IMG/VR virus record: IMGVR_UViG_3300028277_000003
Location: 1,436-65,435 of that record
Source: a virus
Lineage: Duplodnaviria; Caudoviricetes
Strand: one strand, 5' to 3'
Length of the DNA: 64,000 nt
The notes under the pieces were generated by a model. The model worked only from the letters and a program-made list of their open reading frames with translations, made no database searches and was not told where the DNA came from. The translations under genes were made by a program, and so were the position numbers. Shown here piece by piece: positions 16,536 through 25,200 of the stretch (the first letter of the stretch is position 1; each line of letters begins with the position of its first letter).

Positions 16536-18013
16536 GTAAAAGTAAAGAAGAAATGGAAGCATTTATTCTTAATATGGATAAAGAGATGTCTAAGAAATCA
16601 TTCAAGTATTTTTTTGTAGATATGCTAGGTTTCTTGTACAATCATCATCATGAGTCTTGGAAAGTAGGTTTAGAAGAATCACAGTATTTTTGCGTTAAAG
16701 CGTCGAGAGACCACGGAAAATCTGTTTTCTTTATGATGTATGCCTTATGGTTAGCGGCATACAAACCTAATACCCACGTTATGATATTCTCCCACTCTCT
16801 TGAACAAACTCTTGAACACATGCGCTTTGTACGTAATATTATAGAAGGGAACGATATATTAAGACATTTGAAACCCCAAGGCAAACCTTGGGCTAAATCT
16901 TACTTTGAGTTTTCCAATGGTAGTCGTATGATGGCGAAGTCAGTTGGGGGTGCAACTCGTGGTTTCCACCCCGACATAGTAGTGTGTGATGATATTTTAT
17001 GGGGTACTACCGCCAGTGAACTTGCTAAAACAGCAGATTGGTTCTATGGGGTTTTGTTACCTGTACTTCACCACAGCAGTAAACTGATGATGGTAGGTAC
17101 TCCGTTTAGTTACAATGATTTGTATGCAGAATTAGAAGAGAAAGAAACATTTCGTGTTGAGACATATCCTGCGATAAATGAAGAGGGTGTTGCGCTATGG
17201 CCTGAGAGATGGGATTTAGGCGCACTAGAACATAGAAGAATGTCTATGCCCGCTATACAATTTTCACGTGAATATCTTTGTGAACCAATACATGACGTAG
17301 CCAGTATGTTTCCCGGCCCTATGTTAGAAAAATGTAGAGACCCGAAATTAGTTCTTTTAGATAGAGCAGAGACAAATTACAATGAGGAAGGTGAAGCAGA
17401 TGGTGTATTTGGTCAACACTTTATTGGACATGACCCCGCTATATCTTCTGACAAAAATGCTGATTTTACCGCTATGACTGTAATGAGACAAAAACCGGAT
17501 GAAATAATAAAAGAAATTGTCCATGTTGTACATGAAAGAGGTATGTCGTCTATGGCACAAAAAAGAATGATGGTCATGTTAAATAGTCGTTTTTCTCCTG
17601 ATTTAATCGAACTTGAAGGTAACAACTTTCAAAGAATGTTAGCACAAGAAATGAGAGAATTACGAGCAGATATGCCTATTCGTGTTTTCATGACTACTAG
17701 AGCAAAGAAAGAATCTCTTTTCATGTCCTTACTTCTTGCATTTGAGCAAGGACATATAAAACTCCCATACGGTGATGAAAGGAGCAGGGCTTATACTCAC
17801 AAAGTGGAACAAGAATTGAATAGATTCGGTATGCAAAAAAGTGGAAAGTTAGAAAGTGTGGGCGTTCATGACGATTTGGCTATGAGTCTTGCGCTTGCTA
17901 ATTGGGCATCTAAAGAGTTCAAGGGTAGCGTAACACTCTTAGATGATTATATGCCCGGATTTGATGAGTGGTTCAGGGGAGACGAGAAAACAGACTCTCT
18001 ATTGATACCTTAA
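16532..18013 (+). CDS. terL: Terminase large subunit
   Basis: Walker A ASRDHGKS, Walker B IVVCDD, coupling motif VGTP, FSREYLCEP, nuclease IGHDPA..D and HDDLAMSLALA. Confidence 0.95.
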   Translation: MSKSKEEMEAFILNMDKEMSKKSFKYFFVDMLGFLYNHHHESWKVGLEESQYFCVKASRDHGKSVFFMMYALWLAAYKPNTHVMIFSHSLEQTLEHMRFVRNIIEGNDILRHLKPQGKPWAKSYFEFSNGSRMMAKSVGGATRGFHPDIVVCDDILWGTTASELAKTADWFYGVLLPVLHHSSKLMMVGTPFSYNDLYAELEEKETFRVETYPAINEEGVALWPERWDLGALEHRRMSMPAIQFSREYLCEPIHDVASMFPGPMLEKCRDPKLVLLDRAETNYNEEGEADGVFGQHFIGHDPAISSDKNADFTAMTVMRQKPDEIIKEIVHVVHERGMSSMAQKRMMVMLNSRFSPDLIELEGNNFQRMLAQEMRELRADMPIRVFMTTRAKKESLFMSLLLAFEQGHIKLPYGDERSRAYTHKVEQELNRFGMQKSGKLESVGVHDDLAMSLALANWASKEFKGSVTLLDDYMPGFDEWFRGDEKTDSLLIP

Positions 18014-18081
18014 GGTGATGGAAATGAATAATACAATAGTAGATGAAAAGGACATGAATACTAGTACATGGAGGTAATTAT

Positions 18082-19224
18082 TTGAGTACTTTTTCTAAGA
18101 ACAATGATGGGTGGTTTGAGTCTAATTTAGGCTATTCCGCATCCGACTTAGTTTATCGTTTAAGGAAAGCGAGAAGAAGTAACAAAGATGAAAAAGAATT
18201 TATTGATAAAGCAATAGATGACATACGCACATTGAAGAGTATGGAATTAGATGCTACAATAGATGTACATGAATGGTGTAGTAAATATTCCGATGTGATT
18301 AAACAATTAGGAATGTCAGATAATAATATGAAAGCATTAAGGAAATTTGGAGACTCTCGTGGTGTTAGTTTACAAAGAGCATGTTATCAATGGGAAAAAG
18401 CAGATAGTGCTTTGAAAATGCTAGAAGAGTATGAAGATGTGTGGGAAGACGAACAGAAGAAAGCATGGGTCGCTGCTATGGATGGTAAAAGAGATGCTAG
18501 GAAAATATGGAAGGCCACGTTACATCAAATGGATAAATTAACTGATAAAGAGCAAGAAGCAATAAATAAAAGTTCTGAAGTTCTATTACAAAAAGGTGTT
18601 ATGAGTGGAAGAACTTTATTTGCTAATTTACATGATAGAAATATATTACATAAAAGTATGACATCTATGAAACTTGCAAAATTACTTTCTATGTATGGAG
18701 AAGAAGTTGATATTATTGCAGGTGCATCGAGAGGCACATTCGTTAAAATGGATAGAACTGGGTTAATCATAAAAGACCCATGGGCATATGCTGCTGGATT
18801 TTTAGATGCTGACGGATACATAACTATTACTGGTAGAGGTGAACCTAGGGCTGGTTTCATAGCAACAGGTACTAGAGGTAAAATACATTGTGAGCAATTA
18901 CAAAAAACATTAGATTGTGGGATTTTACAGTTAGACCAAAAAATTTACAAAGATGGTCAAAGAAGTCAACATAGATTACAGTTTTATTCTAAAGCAGATA
19001 TCAGTAAACTACTGAAAGGCATATTACCTTTCTTAGAAATGAAGAAAACGCAGGCTAAAGCAGTCCTTGCATATATTGAAGAAAACGATGGTTTAAAGAA
19101 AGAAGAACTAAAGAAAGTGGTAAGATATTACAATTGGAGCGATGACACCAATAAGTCGAATGCTCTCCTTTCGGAATGGGGAGTACAGGCCGACGATATA
19201 ACTAAGTGGGCGGAGGCGATATAA
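18082..19224 (+). CDS. Protein with C-terminal LAGLIDADG endonuclease-like domain and long helical N-terminal extension
   Basis: WAYAAGFLDADGYITI, then QLQKTLDCG, HRLQFYS and LLKGILPFLEMKKTQA, typical of single-motif LAGLIDADG domains; GGAGGT RBS before TTG. Confidence 0.85.
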   Translation: MSTFSKNNDGWFESNLGYSASDLVYRLRKARRSNKDEKEFIDKAIDDIRTLKSMELDATIDVHEWCSKYSDVIKQLGMSDNNMKALRKFGDSRGVSLQRACYQWEKADSALKMLEEYEDVWEDEQKKAWVAAMDGKRDARKIWKATLHQMDKLTDKEQEAINKSSEVLLQKGVMSGRTLFANLHDRNILHKSMTSMKLAKLLSMYGEEVDIIAGASRGTFVKMDRTGLIIKDPWAYAAGFLDADGYITITGRGEPRAGFIATGTRGKIHCEQLQKTLDCGILQLDQKIYKDGQRSQHRLQFYSKADISKLLKGILPFLEMKKTQAKAVLAYIEENDGLKKEELKKVVRYYNWSDDTNKSNALLSEWGVQADDITKWAEAI

Positions 19225-19225
19225 T

Positions 19226-20971
19226 ATGGCAGAAGAGCAAGGAAGAATAGGTCGTTTGATATCTGCGTTAGGTAGTCCTTTCAGAAGTCGTACAACTCCT
19301 GAACCACAGATGCCGTTGTATACGACGGGTATTCAAGAGCCTGTATTAGCGCAAGGAATTACAATTCCAGCGCTGTATGCGGTATCACAAGAAAATTTAA
19401 TTTTACGTACTGTAATATCTAAATTAAGTCAAGAGATATTTAGAAGAGGATACTTTTGGGAAAAGAAATTCCAACATAAGTGTGTGGATTGCGGAGAAGA
19501 GTACAAACAAGAAACAGAAGATTGTAGTTTATGTGGAGGGCAATTAAAACAACCCGATGTACAACAATTACTCTATCCTAAATGGTTACTAGAACAGCAA
19601 AACTCAATGGAACAAGATTTTATGCACGTTCTACAAGAAATAGAAAGAGACCTAGATGTGGTAGATGACGCATTTTTAATTTGTATAAAAGAATACTTCG
19701 TAGACCCTGAAGATTCAGATATTAAATTCTATAGAGTAAAAGAAGTAATTAGAGGAGACCCTATATTTATGAGAATAATTTCTGATAAGCGTGGTGTACG
19801 TGGTGGGAGATACAAAGTTTGTCCTTTACATAGAGACCAAATTTCTTACCCCGGTCAAGATGACAGTTGTGAAGTCTGTGGTAATAATATGCAAGAGGCA
19901 CATTATGCTAATATGGCCGGAAGCGGTAAAACACAATATTACCTTGAAGGTGAAGTAATACATATTAGTAAATATAATCCATCTAAGTTGTATGGTAGAA
20001 GTCCAGTAAATACAATGTGGAGACAAGCAATGACTCTTACTGCAATGGACAACTACATGTATACGTCGTATCAAAAGAGAAGGAGTCCTAAGGGGATTAT
20101 TTCTGTTACTACTGATAATCTAGAATCAATGAAGTCCTTTTGGAAAGGCGTTGATGAGAAGATGGAAAGAGACCCACACTACATACCTAAAGTTGGTATC
20201 GAATCTGCTACAGGCAGAGGTGGGGTCAATTGGGTCAAGTTCATGGACACTCTAGAAGAAATGCAATATATGCCTGTGAGAGATGAGTTAAGAAATAGAA
20301 TTGCGGCTTTCTATGGTGTTAGTAGCATCTTTATGATTGATAGCGGAAAAAGTGGCGGGTTGAATAACGAAGGTATGCAGATTCTTGTAACTAATCGTGC
20401 TGTTGAGTTTGGTCAGAAAGTATACACACAAGTGTTATTCCCTAGATTGTTAAAGCAAATGGAGGTAACAGATTGGAAATTAACTCTTTATCCAAATGAA
20501 GAAGAAGATGAAATTACGCGTCTACGAAGAGATGAGATGGAAGTTAACCTTGCACAAAGAATGATGATGCTTGGATATAAGCCTGAATTAATGGAACAAG
20601 GAGATAGGGATATTAGATTTACATATCGTCAGATGAATCAAGAACAAGATGGTGCACCTCCAATGCCTCCGGGTATGCAACCCCCACAAGGAATGTCGCC
20701 CGGAAGTGGCGGCCCAATGGCGGGTGGTCAGATGGGTCAACAAATGGGAGCACAACCACCGGGATTATTGGCTAATGCAATGCCTCCTTCACAACCCGGA
20801 GGAGAAGGTATGGGCATTAGAACTCCTAGAGGTCCAGCCTCTCCTCAGAACAGAACAAGTGGAGGCATGGGTTCTCCTATGAGCAGCGTTCAACAACGCG
20901 GACCAAAAAATTCCGTTGGACAGGACAATTCTCGCGCTTTAATGAACTCTAGACGAATAAAGGGCGCATAA
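19226..20971 (+). CDS. Portal protein
   Basis: Position after TerL; EVIHISKYNPSKLYGRSPV, PKGIISV, RNRIAAFYGVS portal-like motifs; two Zn-ribbon insertions; P/G/M/Q-rich tail. Confidence 0.88.
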   Translation: MAEEQGRIGRLISALGSPFRSRTTPEPQMPLYTTGIQEPVLAQGITIPALYAVSQENLILRTVISKLSQEIFRRGYFWEKKFQHKCVDCGEEYKQETEDCSLCGGQLKQPDVQQLLYPKWLLEQQNSMEQDFMHVLQEIERDLDVVDDAFLICIKEYFVDPEDSDIKFYRVKEVIRGDPIFMRIISDKRGVRGGRYKVCPLHRDQISYPGQDDSCEVCGNNMQEAHYANMAGSGKTQYYLEGEVIHISKYNPSKLYGRSPVNTMWRQAMTLTAMDNYMYTSYQKRRSPKGIISVTTDNLESMKSFWKGVDEKMERDPHYIPKVGIESATGRGGVNWVKFMDTLEEMQYMPVRDELRNRIAAFYGVSSIFMIDSGKSGGLNNEGMQILVTNRAVEFGQKVYTQVLFPRLLKQMEVTDWKLTLYPNEEEDEITRLRRDEMEVNLAQRMMMLGYKPELMEQGDRDIRFTYRQMNQEQDGAPPMPPGMQPPQGMSPGSGGPMAGGQMGQQMGAQPPGLLANAMPPSQPGGEGMGIRTPRGPASPQNRTSGGMGSPMSSVQQRGPKNSVGQDNSRALMNSRRIKGA

Positions 20972-20978
20972 TTAAAGT
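20971..20978 (+). promoter_or_regulatory. Candidate TATA box
   Basis: ATTAAAGT directly after the portal stop, about 30 nt upstream of the next start. Confidence 0.3.
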
Positions 20979-21002
20979 AGCATCGCATGTACGCAAAAGG
21001 CA

Positions 21003-21374
21003 GTGAATACCATGGACTTAATAAAAATGCACCCAATGGCTAGAAAAATGACCGCACATAATGAGGCATTCGGTAAGGCTATTGAAGACGGAAACGCTAA
21101 TGATGCACGCCAACACCTTAATGAAATATTAAAGTACGCTGCTAACTTAGAAACAGATTTAGATTTCGTTGTTACAAAATCAGAAACTGAGGTAGTAACT
21201 CCTGAAAATGGTTGGGAACACAAAAGTCCTGTTTTGAAGTTCAATAAAACAGGTTCAAACTTTGACCCCTCTATGAGAGATAGACAATTAAAAGGTACAA
21301 TAATCTCTGCAAGAACTAATACAACAATGCGACCGGCAAGAGGAACTTTTGGTCGCTATTCTCCGGGTAAATAA
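21003..21374 (+). CDS. Hypothetical head-associated protein
   Basis: 123 aa (alternative start ATG 21012); contains a VVTK-SE site. Confidence 0.7.
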   Translation: MNTMDLIKMHPMARKMTAHNEAFGKAIEDGNANDARQHLNEILKYAANLETDLDFVVTKSETEVVTPENGWEHKSPVLKFNKTGSNFDPSMRDRQLKGTIISARTNTTMRPARGTFGRYSPGK

Positions 21375-21389
21375 AACTGAGGCCATAAT

Positions 21390-21746
21390 ATGACAGAAAC
21401 AGAAGTAGATGTTACAGAACGTTTGATGAACGCTCTCATTTCTAAAATGGAAACTATGGATAGAGATATCCAATCGGTACGTGAAGAAAATTCTGTATTA
21501 AGAAAAGCCTTTGATAATCCACAATTAATTCTAAGAAAAGCAGGTTATATGCCGTATAATACGCCTATGACAGAAGACGTAAGTGCGGGTGCTTTTAGGT
21601 CTGATATGGATACTGTATCAGGAAATGTAATGAAGCAAGATGAAGGAAACCCTGACAAATACTCTAATGAACAAATTCACGAAATGAGTTGGGATGATAT
21701 ACATGATATGGCTGACCAACATAAAGAAGTAAAGGAGATGTACTAA
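21390..21746 (+). CDS. Small scaffold-like protein
   Basis: MTETE start, coiled coil and C-terminal SNEQIHEMSWDDIHDMA mirror the scaffold region at 28509-29327. Confidence 0.7.
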   Translation: MTETEVDVTERLMNALISKMETMDRDIQSVREENSVLRKAFDNPQLILRKAGYMPYNTPMTEDVSAGAFRSDMDTVSGNVMKQDEGNPDKYSNEQIHEMSWDDIHDMADQHKEVKEMY

Positions 21747-21747
21747 A

Positions 21748-22140
21748 ATGGTAAGACCTAGATACGAAGAAGCATCAACAGAAGTATACAACATGTTAAC
21801 GAAAGCACACAGTCTAGCAGATAGATTAGATACTCTTGAAAAAGATTCTGCAAAGCCAATGTGTCCTTGCGGTAGTGGAAAGGCGCAGAATATCTGTCCT
21901 TGTGACAATAACGTAGCGAAAGGCGACCATCATTACTCTACTACATTTTCTACAGAACCTGAAGGTATCGAGTTCCACGCAGAAAGTGGCGGTCGAACTC
22001 GTAATGCTTTCTATAACACAAATCAAAGTCTTTTAGATTCCACAGATGTAGCAAATAAAGGTGCTACAAGTGAAAGTGTAAATCTAGATGTTCTTCCAGT
22101 AAACACGCACGATACAGTAAATCGTCTCGTCGAGGGATGA
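21748..22140 (+). CDS. Hypothetical head-associated protein with SEC-C-like Zn motif
   Basis: PMCPCGSGKAQNIC; several hydrophobic-x-K/[AG] sites; GGAGATG RBS. Confidence 0.7.
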   Translation: MVRPRYEEASTEVYNMLTKAHSLADRLDTLEKDSAKPMCPCGSGKAQNICPCDNNVAKGDHHYSTTFSTEPEGIEFHAESGGRTRNAFYNTNQSLLDSTDVANKGATSESVNLDVLPVNTHDTVNRLVEG

Positions 22141-22289
22141 GATTGAGTAAAGTGTACGTCAAAAAAGGCGTAGCACAAATGGAACCCTGCAAGATGTGTG
22201 GAGCAACTGCGTATGAAGGTTGTAAACAAGCAAAAGGGCTTTCCTTAGGCGAATGTCCATATTACCGAAAATACAACCTTGGGGGTTGA
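22137..22289 (+). CDS. 50-aa Cys4 zinc-binding protein (below the ORF-track cutoff)
   Basis: MRLSKVYVKKGVAQMEPCKMCGATAYEGCKQAKGLSLGECPYYRKYNLGG*; ATGA overlap at the start and fills the gap up to the RBS of the next gene. Confidence 0.7.
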   Translation: MRLSKVYVKKGVAQMEPCKMCGATAYEGCKQAKGLSLGECPYYRKYNLGG

Positions 22290-22298
22290 GGTGATGAT

Positions 22299-25200
22299 AT
22301 GGAAGAAGATGCCGCAGAAGTATACATCAGACACCGTACTGAATTGATGAAAGCAATTTTTGATAACACTAATCCCGAACAAGAAGTCGGTGATTACTTA
22401 CTTTCTAAAATAAATCTAGAAAATCATGACATAACTTATGATAAGATAGGGCTAGATTTAGTCTGTGACTCTTATAGCAACTATGTCTTGACTAAGGCAA
22501 AGAAAAAGCAAGGAGAGACTGGTACTTTACACGGTCATAGACCTGCTATGGATAAAGTGTATGGTAGTAATCATGAATGGAAAAATAGAGTAAAGCGTGC
22601 ATGGAACGAAAATGATAATAAAAAACATAATTACAAACTACATTCTCCACAAAAAGATGGTGAAGATTATCTAAGTTACCACGAAAGAAATTTAATTCCC
22701 GATTCAATGAGACATGCTTTGTGGCCTGAAATAAACCCTCATACGATTGAGTTTGACCACAAGGATGAAACAAATGAGGCCATATTAAGGCCAACAGAAC
22801 ATTATAAAGACGCTAATCCATTTAGTGAAAAAAATCACCCTATGCGTAGAAGAAGAGTAGATACCAGTATGCCTGAGTGGGAAAGCACATTACGAAATTA
22901 TTATCTTTCTGATTTTGGATGGGCGAAGAAAGGTAAAGATATAGAAAATGCACACAAGTCTTTCCATACTAATAAAGATAAAACAGGCGTACAGGATATT
23001 CGAGAGTTAGTTAAAGTCGGAGAGGCTATTAAGGATAAAACTGGAATAGCAACTGGTAAGAAAGAAGATGAGTTTAAGACTGTAAAAAATGTAAAACACG
23101 GTATATATCATGGTATAAATAAAGGTACTGAAAGTCACAAAATGTCTTTCTTAGGTGGTAACGATGGTCATGAAGGTAGTATGAATCATCAAGATGATAT
23201 AAGAATTAGAGATTTTGAAAGATGGAAAAAAGATTACCCCGAACGTGTAAAACAATTAGAAGAAGATGGTGAGGATTTAGAAGAGACTCATTTTAATGAT
23301 AGAATGAGAAAGTTAGATAGTAATGATATTTTTGAAGAGAAAATAAATCCTAAGACTAGTACTAACGTTTATGAAAATATAGACAGACGTGGTGAATCTA
23401 CGTTAGAAGATGTGAAGAAAATACCTCATGGGCATGGAATGGGTTGGGATACATGGAATCATGGTTTAGAGTTCTTGAATCCAAAAGAAAGAAGTTTAGT
23501 CATGAAGCATATAAACGAACACGGTACCGATGACCCAGCACATCAATCAGTTACTTTACCTGATGGTCAAAGAATACACATGCATCGAATAAAAGCAAAT
23601 CTGCAAATGAGGAATAATGCAGAAGTAGACCATTGGACTAGAAGTCAAATGCACGCTGGCCCAAATAAGGCTAAACACATAGAAGCAAATACTGACAATC
23701 TAAAAACAGGAACTGAAGGAGTGGTATCTAAGGCATTAAAAGACACATTAATAAAAGATAATTTTCCATATCATGGTGAGCGTTTTAAGTATATAGAAAG
23801 AATGGTAAAAGATAAAAAAACTGGTGAATATAAACCGAAACTTGTAAAGACTAAATTGTTTGATGAAACTGCCCATGAAGCGTTAATTAGAAATTTAGAA
23901 GAGCATCACGAAGGGGATAAATTACTAGAATACGAAGAAGGGAAATTAACGACTGATGAAGAAAGTGGTGAGACAACAATAGCGCCCGGAAAAAGTAATT
24001 TACCACCATTTGATGCAAGAGATATAGGAGAATATCAAAAAAGCCTTAGTCAAGGTAAAACTATGAAAGAAGCATTTGGTAAAAAAATACATGCGGGTAG
24101 TGATGTAGTTTTAAGTCCTGAAGGATTACACACTTTAGTAGGATATAATAAAAATGATTTAACTAACTCACTACATCCTATGTTTAAAGGTCAAAAAAAA
24201 CCTTTCTTAGAAAAAAATATAATGAAAGAAGTTCTGAAAAATATAGATAGAAGTACAGGTATTGCTAATAAATCTAAAGATATAAGGAATGGAATGGGAA
24301 CGTTTAGAGCACCGAACGGGCCTAGAAAAGATAATCCTCTTTTAGAAGAAGGAGAAGAAAAAAACTACTATGACCATGAAGGTAAACTCAGAACTCTAGC
24401 ATATCCGTTTTCTCAGTCATTTACTAATCGAGGTGGTGTTGGTAGACCTATTACTACGCTTATGGAAATTTTACATGATTTTAAATCAGAAGGTCTTACA
24501 TCAAAAGGTGATGTAAAACCTACTTTGAAGTCACTTATAGAATATAAATTAAATCATAATATGGAGAAAGGAATAAGTACCTTGAAAGCAGGTTCTACAT
24601 CACCTTTTGGTGTTAAAGACGCAGACAATGTGATAGATGCAAACCCTTCTACTGTGGGGGCTTACGGTCACCTTCATTCTGACTACTTACCTACAAAACA
24701 ACAAAATCATTACTCCGCTTTAGGTATTTTATCAAAAACAGATACAACTTCACACTCTCAAAATTTAACTGGAACTAAAACGGGTAAGGGTAGAAACACC
24801 AAAACAAACAGTAGTGACCACGACCATACTCGGTCTCCCGGTTTAGCACCTTTGTTAGAACACGGTCTAGATAAAAAGTATAATAGTTCACTTACTAAAT
24901 ATTTGACGGGCAATCTTACATCTAACGCTTATACTCAGACAAGTGCTAGAAATATAATGTCGAGAGAGAAATATAGTAAATTGACTAAAGAACAACAACA
25001 ACAATATAATATTCAAGGTGAATCATCTGTTAGAAATTTAGCAGGTGAATCGCATTATCGTGCAACAGTAAATGGTAGTACTAGCCCGCCTAATAACCCA
25101 GCGCAGAGATTCTTAAACTTCAAAGATATAGAAAATAATCCTAATTATTTGAGTACAGGTGATGATATAGATGACGTTATGACTGCATTACCATCTAGTT

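Noticed and set aside
18018-18077. 17-19 codon ORF between TerL and the LAGLIDADG gene
   Set aside because: It has a GGTGA upstream but is too short to support without homologues
16532-19224. Intein or intron in TerL carrying the LAGLIDADG domain
   Set aside because: TerL is complete and uninterrupted with its own stop; the LAGLIDADG ORF has its own RBS and lacks intein C/S...HN termini
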